A stretch of 48,227 nt of DNA from Acidimicrobiales bacterium (lineage in GTDB: Bacteria > Actinomycetota > Acidimicrobiia > Acidimicrobiales > Aldehydirespiratoraceae). Shown in pieces: positions 29,354 through 37,796 of this stretch (the stretch's first letter is position 1; the number at the start of each line of letters is the position of its first letter). Both the position numbers and the translations under genes were made by a program. The notes beneath the pieces are model-generated. The model worked only from the letters and a program-made list of their open reading frames with translations. It was not told the DNA's origin and did not search any database. The stretch is taken from NCBI GenBank assembly GCA_047516945.1, contig JAKZTU010000001.1, positions 1-48,227 of the forward strand, given 5' to 3'.

Positions 29354-30346
29354 ATGTCCTCGGAGGTTGCGGGTCGGGTGCCGCTCGTTGACTTGTCGGG
29401 AGCGTTCGAACCTGGCCGACGGCGCGATCACGCCGTTGAGACGATCAGGCGGGCCTGTGAAGACCTGGGTTTTCTGGTCATTACAGGTCACGGAGTCGGC
29501 AGCGAAACCGTGCAAAGGATCGAAGAAGTCTCCCGCCAATTCTTCGCCCTTCGGATTACCGAGAAGATGAAGCTCACCTGCCCGGAAGGCAACAGGCGGG
29601 GCTATAAGCCTCTCGGGGGCACGCTGCTGGCGTCGTCGCGTGGGGTTGAGACACCCCCAGACCTGTGCGAGTTGTACCTCGTCAACCGGTTTGATGACCC
29701 CGAAGCGGCCCGGCGCGCTGGATTGCGCGAAGGCCGCGAAGCCTTCTTCGCGCCAAACGTCTGGCCCGACCCAGAGCAGGTTCTGAATTTCCGGGAGACC
29801 TTCGGGACCTACTACGCGGTGATGGAGGGTTTGGCCGCCAGGCTGATGGGCTTGATGGCGCTGGCCCTCGGCCTAAACGAGAATTGGTTCGACGACAAAT
29901 TCGCCGACCATGTCACGGCCCTCTCCGCCATCCACTACCCGGCCCTTGACGAAGCCCCACTCCCCGGGCAGTACCGACGCGGGCCGCATTCGGACTGGGG
30001 CAGCCTCACTGTTTTGCACCATGACGGCGGACCGGGTCTGCAGATCATGTCGCCCGAAGGCCAATGGGAAGACGTACCGGTGGTCCGCGGGTCCTTTGTG
30101 GTGAATATCGGTGACCTGATGGCAATGTGGACCAACGACCGTTGGGTTTCGACGGTGCACCGCGTCGTCGTGCCAGCCGATGACTGGCGTGAGCGGATCT
30201 CGATCGCGTTCTTCCACCAACCGACTTACGATGCACGCATCGAATGCATCCCCACTTGCACGTCAACCGACGACCCTCCTCGTCATGAACCGACCACTTC
30301 GGGCGAGTGGCTGGAATCGATGATCGACAAGACCACCGCCTATTGA
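29354..30346 (+). CDS. 2-oxoglutarate/Fe(II) dioxygenase (isopenicillin N synthase family)
   Basis: VPLVDLS, ACEDLGFLVITGHGV, HSDWGSLT, VVNIGDLM..WTND.W.STVHRV and RISIAFF. Confidence 0.93.
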   Translation: MSSEVAGRVPLVDLSGAFEPGRRRDHAVETIRRACEDLGFLVITGHGVGSETVQRIEEVSRQFFALRITEKMKLTCPEGNRRGYKPLGGTLLASSRGVETPPDLCELYLVNRFDDPEAARRAGLREGREAFFAPNVWPDPEQVLNFRETFGTYYAVMEGLAARLMGLMALALGLNENWFDDKFADHVTALSAIHYPALDEAPLPGQYRRGPHSDWGSLTVLHHDGGPGLQIMSPEGQWEDVPVVRGSFVVNIGDLMAMWTNDRWVSTVHRVVVPADDWRERISIAFFHQPTYDARIECIPTCTSTDDPPRHEPTTSGEWLESMIDKTTAY

Positions 30347-30388
30347 TTGAGTCGTCACTGGCACCTTTGGCCCAAGGCTCTAGCATGA

Positions 30389-31444
30389 GTGCCGGCCGGG
30401 ACGTACCAAAGACCGGGAGGTCGCATGAACGCTCGAAGGGACATGATTATCGGTGCCATTGCCTGCATCGTCATATTCTTCTTCTTTGTCAGCATCGATT
30501 CGTACGAGACAGTCTCGGACTTCACGAGTGAACACGAGGGTTGGCAACTCGTTGAGATCCTGGCGGCTGTGCCTACGCTCGCCCTGGTCACCTCCTGGTT
30601 CGCCGTGCGGCGCTGGCTGGAAGTAGCCCACCTCAACGACAGGCTGGCTCATACCGTCGGACAACTCAAAGAAGCGATTAATGAACGCCAAGCCATGGAG
30701 GAACAGATCGGCGAGGCATACAAAATGGCGGCGATGGGCCAGCTAGCCGGCGGACTCACCCGGGAACTCAACAATGTGATGCAGCCGATCGTCACCTTGG
30801 CGCAAATGGGAGTCGACCAAACCGACCAAAGTGAGGCGCAACGGGAGAATATGGGTCGCATACTCTTGGCGGCGGAGCGTGGTTGCAAGATTCTCGAGAG
30901 TTCATTGGCTGACCCCGCTGGCGGATTCGGCGAGCCAGAAGAGATCGTCCCGTCGCAGGGGTTGTCGAGTGTGATTGCCCAGGTAGGAAAGTCGGTCGGA
31001 AACGATGTGACGATTGTGTCCCGTTTCAGCGACGAGGGTGGCGTGATCTCAGTGAACCGTGACGAATTCGACTCGGTGTTTACGAGTTTGCTGACCAACG
31101 CGGCACAGGCCATGAAGCGTGGGGGCGAGATCACGGTGGGACTCTCGACCCGCACATTTGACGAGGCCCAGGCGCGTGTGCAGGGAGTCTCAGCTGGCAG
31201 CTACTTCAGTGCCACTGTGGCCGACCAAGGCATTGGCATGACCGATGATGTACGAACCCAAGTTTTTGATCCGTTCTTCACAACCAAATCGGCCGACGGA
31301 TGCGCCGGTCTGGGTCTCACCATCGCCTATGAAAAGGTTCACGGATGGTCGGGCAGGATCACCGCGGAATCGTCTTATGGTGAGGGTTCGACGTTTGAAG
31401 TCCTCATCCCCCGCCACGACGTAGACGAAGCCCCAGGAGCCTGA
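30389..31444 (+). CDS. Membrane sensor histidine kinase-like protein lacking the H-box His
   Basis: Two TM segments; H-box region GQLAGGLTRELNN; N box LLTNAAQA; G1 DQGIGM; F box FDPFFTTK; G2 AGLGL. Confidence 0.85.
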   Translation: MPAGTYQRPGGRMNARRDMIIGAIACIVIFFFFVSIDSYETVSDFTSEHEGWQLVEILAAVPTLALVTSWFAVRRWLEVAHLNDRLAHTVGQLKEAINERQAMEEQIGEAYKMAAMGQLAGGLTRELNNVMQPIVTLAQMGVDQTDQSEAQRENMGRILLAAERGCKILESSLADPAGGFGEPEEIVPSQGLSSVIAQVGKSVGNDVTIVSRFSDEGGVISVNRDEFDSVFTSLLTNAAQAMKRGGEITVGLSTRTFDEAQARVQGVSAGSYFSATVADQGIGMTDDVRTQVFDPFFTTKSADGCAGLGLTIAYEKVHGWSGRITAESSYGEGSTFEVLIPRHDVDEAPGA

Positions 31445-31447
31445 ATA

Positions 31448-31820
31448 ATGGCGACCGTGTTGGTGGCTGACGACGACCCCGGGGGTGCGCTTTGCGCTGA
31501 CGCGGCTGTTGGATGCTTGTGGTGACCATGAGGTAATCGAAGCCGACAGCTGCGAAGCAGCGCTGGAGCTAATGGCTTCCCGGAAACCGGACGTGGTTGT
31601 GACAGAGGCCGTGATGCCAACAATGACCGCGATCGAGTACATAAAGGCGTTGCGCTGGGCCTACCCTCGCGCCGGGATCGTGGCTTTGTCTGCGGGTGGT
31701 ATGCACCAAAGTCCAGAGTTCGCTACCGGCCTTGCCAGCACCGCAGGAGCCGACGAAGTCCTGCTCAAACCTGTCAGAAACGATTCCCTGTTAACCGCCG
31801 TCAACAAAGTCCTCCGCTAA
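31448..31820 (+). pseudogene. Single-domain response regulator, frameshifted (one extra G), with Glu at the acceptor-Asp position
   Basis: ATG at 31448 gives MATVLVADDDPG. A G5 run at 31481-85 shifts the frame into VRFALTRLL...PDVVVTEAVMP...ALSA...LLKP. Confidence 0.8.
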
Positions 31821-31878
31821 AGAACCTTATCGCTACATACCACCGGGGCTCCGCGCTTAGGTAGCATTCGCGAGACAC

Positions 31879-32100
31879 ATGAGAGAGAGAACTATGAAGC
31901 CTCCGAGTTTTGCCGCCACACCGCAGTTTGCAGCGGGGCTCGCAGGAGTTGCCGCGTGTTTCGCTGGCCTATCAGTCTGGATGATCAACGCTGGCCTTGC
32001 TGATGATGCGACGATCGGCTTGGCGTTCCTCCTGATCTTGGCTTCCCTTTCGCTGTTGTTTTCAGTTGGCGTGTGTCTCTCGAAACAGCAGCCGAAGTAG
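31879..32100 (+). CDS. Small two-TM membrane protein
   Basis: Two hydrophobic stretches, directly upstream of the ABC ATPase stub. Confidence 0.5.
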   Translation: MRERTMKPPSFAATPQFAAGLAGVAACFAGLSVWMINAGLADDATIGLAFLLILASLSLLFSVGVCLSKQQPK

Positions 32101-32109
32101 GGCCGAGTC

Positions 32110-32430
32110 ATGCGCAACAGTCATCCTGTCGAGATATCTGGCCTAACGAAGTCCTACGGGGATGTAGACGCCGTGGACGATTTGAGTCTTGTTGTCAAGA
32201 CGGGCGAGGTCCACGGGCTCCTCGGTCCCAACGGATCCGGTGGATCTGCCGCTGATGATGTTGCGCTTCAGAAGCTCCTTGAAGCCCGCCAACTGTACGA
32301 GGACTATTTGGCCGTAAGGTCTGTCGCTGAGTCGGCGACGCTTCGCGATCTGGCAACCAAGGCCGTGTCTGAGGACAGATACCTAGATCACGCCTTTACA
32401 CCTCAGCCACTCACGATCTCGTTCCGCTGA
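32110..32430 (+). pseudogene. ABC ATPase N-terminal stub fused to unrelated sequence
   Basis: [38 protein letters not shown] breaks inside Walker A (about 32241, before KT). Confidence 0.75.
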
Positions 32431-32678
32431 TCTCTCTGCTTTGCGATGTTCCTCGATGAGTCAGGACGATGGGGTCTTCGAAGTAGCAGAACGATGGAGA
32501 CCCGAAGACACCGAGGTTCAGTTGCTCGCCCGCGATCGTAATCGTGCAAGCGGTACGGGACGACATGACGCACTGCGGCGCCTAGACGCGACTCATCTTC
32601 AAATCGGGTTCAGCGACCATCGGTCACAATTGCATACAATGCGAACGATTTCTGAGGAGCGTAGGGAGGGACCAACTA

Positions 32679-34529
32679 ATGGCTGTCGATGTTCAGCAGA
32701 TCACAGGTACTGCTCGGTCCGTACAAGAGCTTCTGTTGGGGACTCGCTACGGACTTGACTTCTACCAGCGTGAGTACAGCTGGGAGGAAGCACAGGTCGG
32801 TGAGCTCATCGACGACCTGACCGGTCGGTTCTTCGATGAGCACGACGAGGCTCACGAACGAGGCGACGTGGACTCCTACCGTCCGTACTTCCTAGGCCCG
32901 ATCGTGACTGCACAGCGCGGTGGTGTGCGCTATCTCGTCGACGGTCAACAACGGATCACGACCCTCAGCCTCCTGTTGATCTATGTCCGTCACAGACTCG
33001 TCGAATCTCATTCCAAGGATGCAGATGCTCTCAATTCGCTGATCTACTCTTCGGCGTTCGGCAAGACGACATTCAACCTCGACGTTGACGAGCGCGAGAA
33101 GTGCCTGCAGGCCATCCTGGATGACGAGGAGTACGACGCCAGCGCGGAACCTGAGTCAGTTCGCAACCTCTGGAACAGATACCAGACGATCGTCGAACGG
33201 TTCCCGGGCGATCTTCACGGCGACACGCTGCCGTACTTCGCTGACTGGCTCCAGCACCGGGTGATCCTCGTCGCCATTGGAGCGCCAGATCAAGACATGG
33301 CGCTCGAGATATTCGAGACCATGAATGACCGAGGTCTGCGTCTGAGCAGTACCGACATGCTCAAGAGCTTCCTGCTCGCGCAGGTCGGCGACGAGAAAGT
33401 GATCCGGGATCTCAACGGCCGTTGGCGTCAGCGGGTCACCGAACTGATCGATACTGAGAAGAACGCCGACGCTGACTTTGTCAAGGCTTGGCTGCGCGGC
33501 AAGCACGCGGTGACCCAGCGTGAACGCAAGGCCAACGCAGCACCGCGCGACTTCGACATCATCGGCACGGCGTTCCACAAGTGGGTGCGAGACAACCGGA
33601 CTGAGATCGGACTCACAGGACAAGAGACCTACCGACGATTTGTCGAGCGCGAGTTCTTGGGACTCAGTAGCCGCTACCTGGAACTCTTGCGCGCTTCTCG
33701 CGACTTGAGCCCAGGCCTCGAAGCCGTCTTCTGCAACGCGAGAAACGGCTTCACTCTTCAGCTCCCTGTGATCCTCGCTGCTGTCACCCCAGAGGATGAT
33801 GACGAGACCTTCACGGCGAAGGCCGCGCTCGTGGCCGGCTCCCTGGACATCTTCATCGCCCGGAGAATGGTGAACCACCGTAACTTTGGTTACTCAACGG
33901 TCGTCTACACGATGTTCAACCTGATCAAGGAACTTCGCGACAACCCCGTGGAAACTGTTCGAAGAGTCCTGACCCAGTTTCTTGAGAACGAATGGGAGGA
34001 ACTCGAAGGAATTTGGTTGTTTAGCCTCACGAAGCGAAATCGCCGCCACATCCACTACCTCCTCGCCCGCATCACCGCCTGGCTCGACGACGAACTGGGA
34101 ACAGGAATGTCGCTGGCCGACTACCTCGACCGATCACGCAAGCATCCCTTCGAAGTCGAACACATCTGGGCCGACAAGTTCGAACGACACGCGGAAGAGT
34201 TCCCGACCGTCTACGAATTCGAGGAACACCGAAACATGTTCGGCGACCTTTTGCTGCTGCCGAAGGACTTCAACGCCAGCTACGGCGCGATGCCCTACGA
34301 ACAGAAGGTCCAGCACTACTCGGGCCAGAATATCCTGGCGAAGTCGCTTCACCCGCTGGCATACCAGCACCACCCCAGCTTTGACAGGCTTCGCGAGACT
34401 TACAACCTCGCATTCGAGCCGTACCCGACGACCTTCACCAAAGACGATGTCGACGCCCGCCAAGTTCTCTACCGTGATTTGGCTGAGGTCGTCTGGAACC
34501 CAGAGCGAATCGGACTAGGGCCTCGTTGA
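32679..34529 (+). CDS. gmrSD: GmrSD-family (DUF262 + DUF1524/HNH) modification-dependent restriction endonuclease
   Basis: YQREYSW, YFLGPIV, VDGQQRITTL, IFETMNDRG, and EVEHIW...GDLLLL...N. Confidence 0.88.
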   Translation: MAVDVQQITGTARSVQELLLGTRYGLDFYQREYSWEEAQVGELIDDLTGRFFDEHDEAHERGDVDSYRPYFLGPIVTAQRGGVRYLVDGQQRITTLSLLLIYVRHRLVESHSKDADALNSLIYSSAFGKTTFNLDVDEREKCLQAILDDEEYDASAEPESVRNLWNRYQTIVERFPGDLHGDTLPYFADWLQHRVILVAIGAPDQDMALEIFETMNDRGLRLSSTDMLKSFLLAQVGDEKVIRDLNGRWRQRVTELIDTEKNADADFVKAWLRGKHAVTQRERKANAAPRDFDIIGTAFHKWVRDNRTEIGLTGQETYRRFVEREFLGLSSRYLELLRASRDLSPGLEAVFCNARNGFTLQLPVILAAVTPEDDDETFTAKAALVAGSLDIFIARRMVNHRNFGYSTVVYTMFNLIKELRDNPVETVRRVLTQFLENEWEELEGIWLFSLTKRNRRHIHYLLARITAWLDDELGTGMSLADYLDRSRKHPFEVEHIWADKFERHAEEFPTVYEFEEHRNMFGDLLLLPKDFNASYGAMPYEQKVQHYSGQNILAKSLHPLAYQHHPSFDRLRETYNLAFEPYPTTFTKDDVDARQVLYRDLAEVVWNPERIGLGPR

Positions 34530-34646
34530 GGCGTGGACACACAAATTGACGGCGCGTTGGATGCGGTTTGGATTGGGAACTCTCCGTTGCGTGAGTTGTG
34601 TGAACTACCCGTACTCAAGTACTGTAGTTTGTCGTTTCACCAGCGC

Positions 34647-34700
34647 TCAGAGTCCGAGGTTGTTGGCGAGTTGTAGAGCGTGGAGGGCTTGTTGGGCGTT
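34647..34700 (-). repeat. Diverged duplicate of the phosphotransferase gene 3' end (other copy 35649-35702)
   Basis: Encodes NAQQALHALQLANNLGL* versus NAQQALHALQLTAALDL*. The shared core GAGTTGTAG(A/G)GCGTGGAGGGCTTGTTGGGCGTT has one mismatch. Confidence 0.85.
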
Positions 34701-34721
34701 GCTCTAGCCCACGGTGCAGCG

Positions 34722-35429
34722 TCAGATCGTTGGAGACTTCCCGTCTGATATGTCACGAAGAAGAGCTGGCAATTCAGCCAGAGTCTCGATCTCAAAATCG
34801 GCCCCTCCGCTCATTGGAACGTCAGCCCCCAGGCGACCACAACGAACCCAACATGTCTGTAGACCAACTGAGCGTCCAGGGACCATGTCGTGACGAATGC
34901 TCGCTGCCACATGGAGCACTTCGGCAGGTTCGCAATCAGCGATTGACAGCATCCGTTCGAAGTGCGCGAGTCCCGGCTTGTAGGAACGCACCGACTCAGC
35001 CGTTACCGCAAAGTCTGGATGAAAGCTGTCAAATTGGCGGTCTATAGTCCCAGCGAGCAGATCCTCATCGGTGTTCGACAGGATGCCGACAAGCATCGCC
35101 GGGAAGCGAGACCGGATATGGCTCAGCGTCGGTACTGTCGCTTCAAATGCTGGCCACCCGCTCACAGACAATTGCAGAGCGGTGCTCAAGCGGGTTTGGG
35201 TCACGCCGAACTCGGGTGCTAAAGCCCGCGCTACTTCGGCGAGTACTTCTTTGTAAGAGCGGTACGGCTTGGAAGTGGAAAGGAATTCTGCCCGATCAAA
35301 GGACTTGAGCGCAATCTGGTCATCGAATTGTCGCGACTCAGGGCAGGCATCAGCGATCGCCTGCAACACGCCGGTGTCCCAATCAATCAACGTACCGTAG
35401 CAGTCGAACGTCACGGTTCGGATCATCAC
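34722..35429 (-). CDS. HAD-superfamily hydrolase (haloacid dehalogenase type II-like)
   Basis: TFDCYGTLIDW, ILSNTD, SYKP and LHVAASIRHDM. Confidence 0.9.
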   Translation of the reverse strand: MMIRTVTFDCYGTLIDWDTGVLQAIADACPESRQFDDQIALKSFDRAEFLSTSKPYRSYKEVLAEVARALAPEFGVTQTRLSTALQLSVSGWPAFEATVPTLSHIRSRFPAMLVGILSNTDEDLLAGTIDRQFDSFHPDFAVTAESVRSYKPGLAHFERMLSIADCEPAEVLHVAASIRHDMVPGRSVGLQTCWVRCGRLGADVPMSGGADFEIETLAELPALLRDISDGKSPTI

Positions 35430-35648
35430 ATCAGGTGGCCTTCAGCGACGGCAACGAACACAGCGCCCGCAAGGGAGACGTGTTCAACTAACGGCGAAAG
35501 TCCCGCATCAGGGGTCTCAAACAAGTTGAGCACGGCGACCGAGGGGATATGACCTTGGGAACATGTTGAGCAACAGGTCGGGTCTGTTTTGACCGTAGGT
35601 GCCAAATCATGCACCAGAGGAACATAGCAGATCACAGGTTCACCTCGG

Positions 35649-36758
35649 TCAGAGGTCTAGGGCGGCGGTGAGTTGTAGGGCGTGGAGGGCTTGTTGGGCG
35701 TTTTCGAGTAGTGCGGCGCCGCGTTTGGCGAAGAACTCGTTGGAGTCGGCGACAGCGTCGCCGCCGTAGCGTTGGTGTTCGGTAACGCAAGCCTGTTCGA
35801 GCATCAGCGGGGTGAACCAGTCGTACTTGACCGCTGAAGCGGCCATGGCCAGTTCGACGATTCTTGGGTCGCCTTGCCAGCCAACATCTCCGAGACCCTC
35901 AAGGTAAGCGCCAAGCACCGCTTCGCGTAGCCGCGGTAGCTGGTCCGGTTCAACGAAGAAGTCGTGTGCGGCGTCGGGCACGAGGTTTCCGATGTCCTCG
36001 CCGAGCGCTCCGTCACCGACGAAGGCCCAATCCAGCAGAACAAAGCTGCCGTCATTGGTCTGGATCAGGTTCTTGGTCCAGAAGTCGAGGTGGCACAGGG
36101 TGCGCGGAAGCGACTCCAGCACCGAGTAGAGCCGATGACGCTGTGCGTGCAGTTCGTTGGCGGCCGACCTCAAAGCCGGTGGGAAGTGCTCCGCCACAAG
36201 GGGTTGGTTCCATGCGCGATCGTCGTCGAGCAACTCCCAGATCACCGGTTTTTCGGTGCTGTAGGCGCGCAAGAACCCTTGAGACAGCCATTCAACGTCT
36301 GGGAGCGCTCCGCTGAGAGCGAGTTTGCCTTGGGCTGCTCCCAAACGCCGTGCTACTTCGGCATAGGTGTCAATGTCCCAGTTCTCGGCTGGTGTGCCGT
36401 CAACGAACTTCAAGGCAACAACCGCATCGTCGTCGGTGATGTCGACACCCACGCAGCCCGGTGCCCGTACGCCTTCTTCAGCGAAGCACTGGACGACACC
36501 GGACTGGTACGCGAGAGCCTCACGGAGCCAGTAATTCCAGCGATCGGCCGATTCGCATTCCTGCGACCAGTGCCGCGTGAACGCCGTGGTACCAACCTCA
36601 CGGTGCCGAGCCAATCTCTTCACGACCAGACGCCGATCACCCTTCGTCAATTCCCAGATATCAGCAGTGAGCCAGCGACTGTGTTGCGGTTCGGTCACTC
36701 GCCATCCATCGATCTCCAACCCGACCCGCACAAGGGTTTCGCTCAACGATAGATCCAC
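35649..36758 (-). CDS. Aminoglycoside phosphotransferase/choline kinase-like protein
   Basis: VVKRL, WLREALAY, TLCHLDFWTKNL and LLDWAFVG. Confidence 0.85.
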   Translation of the reverse strand: MDLSLSETLVRVGLEIDGWRVTEPQHSRWLTADIWELTKGDRRLVVKRLARHREVGTTAFTRHWSQECESADRWNYWLREALAYQSGVVQCFAEEGVRAPGCVGVDITDDDAVVALKFVDGTPAENWDIDTYAEVARRLGAAQGKLALSGALPDVEWLSQGFLRAYSTEKPVIWELLDDDRAWNQPLVAEHFPPALRSAANELHAQRHRLYSVLESLPRTLCHLDFWTKNLIQTNDGSFVLLDWAFVGDGALGEDIGNLVPDAAHDFFVEPDQLPRLREAVLGAYLEGLGDVGWQGDPRIVELAMAASAVKYDWFTPLMLEQACVTEHQRYGGDAVADSNEFFAKRGAALLENAQQALHALQLTAALDL

Positions 36759-36909
36759 CCTGCAACCCTAGAAGCACCGGCGTTCGCAGAGGGAAGAAAG
36801 GTTGCGTTCTGTTAGCGCACCGAGGCAGTGCGGTCATCGGCCGCGCCTTGATCAGGCCCGGTGGCAACTACTTTGGACTGCTCAGGTGGTCGCGCCTGTG
36901 GCCCAGTCA

Positions 36910-37368
36910 TCAGTCGCCATCCAACAAGGCTGACTTGGCTTCGGCGAACTCAATGTCCGTCAGCGACCCGGAACGATGGAGTTCTGCGAGTTCCGAGAGC
37001 TTCGTCACCAAGTCAGCGGAGCCACCCTGGTCTGCAAGAGGTGTAACAGGTATCGGCCCAGCAGGGGAAGGCGGCGCAGTCTCCGCTTGGGCTGCCTTCT
37101 GCTCCGCCTTCCATTCCTTTCTGTATTCGCGACCTGCTGGTCCGTCGTACGGTTTTCCACTTCCCGTGTCGTTGTATTTGCCGCAGCGTTGGCACTTCAG
37201 TTTCTTTTTTGTGAGTAACGCCGCGGCTCCCCCCGCAACGCCCACTGTGAGCAAACCAGCGCCCACAGCGGTTGCCTTCGCCCGAAACGTGCGCTTTTCT
37301 GTGAAGCCCTTGCTTCCGCAATTCCAACAACGAGGCAACCCGTCCTTGTCGATTCTGATATCTTCCAC
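36910..37368 (-). CDS. Zn-ribbon plus SHOCT domain protein
   Basis: AGGAGG RBS before a GTG start. CWNC...CQRC flank a Gly/Ala-rich hydrophobic stretch. C-terminal LSELAELHRSGSLTDIEFAEAKSALL is SHOCT-like. Confidence 0.75.
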   Translation of the reverse strand: MEDIRIDKDGLPRCWNCGSKGFTEKRTFRAKATAVGAGLLTVGVAGGAAALLTKKKLKCQRCGKYNDTGSGKPYDGPAGREYRKEWKAEQKAAQAETAPPSPAGPIPVTPLADQGGSADLVTKLSELAELHRSGSLTDIEFAEAKSALLDGD

Positions 37369-37434
37369 AACTCGCCTCCTGCGCGGCTCCTCGGGGAGTG
37401 TAGAGCAACTCGGCCAGTAGCCACTGCGCTGGGG

Positions 37435-37574
37435 CAATTGGCAGCGCTGGTGATCACGAAATGATCGGACACTGCAAGCACATCACCCACATCTATGATC
37501 AACGTGTCGATCGCCTTCTTGTCGTCGGTAACAACAGCGGCCAGACGCACCTCTGGACGTGTGGGAAAATGCAT
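37435..37574 (-). pseudogene. rsfS: Ribosome silencing factor N-terminal fragment
   Basis: AAVVTDDKKAIDTLIIDVGDVLAVSDHFVITSAAN, after which homology stops. The WVLLD motif is absent. Confidence 0.7.
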
Positions 37575-37768
37575 CCGCTCGGTTCCGAGGCGGTGATGTG
37601 TGCCAGGACACACTGAACCCAGGTCCATCACAAGAACCAAATCAGCATGACTGGGCCGAAGCAAAGACCGTCAATGCCAGGAACGCCCCGGTCGTGGGAT
37701 CTGAGATGTTGTACGGGTGTGGGCGTATGAAGCGGCCGTTTGCTGCTGTGATGGCTCATATCATGCAG

Positions 37769-37790
37769 TGTCACACCCTTTGAATAGGTT
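37769..37790 (+). promoter_or_regulatory. RecA-NDp/PafBC-type DNA-damage promoter
   Basis: TGTCA-cac-N8-TAGGTT fits TGTCR-N3-N8-TAnnnT. The ATG (37797) follows 6 nt later. Confidence 0.6.
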
Positions 37791-37796
37791 GTGGTC

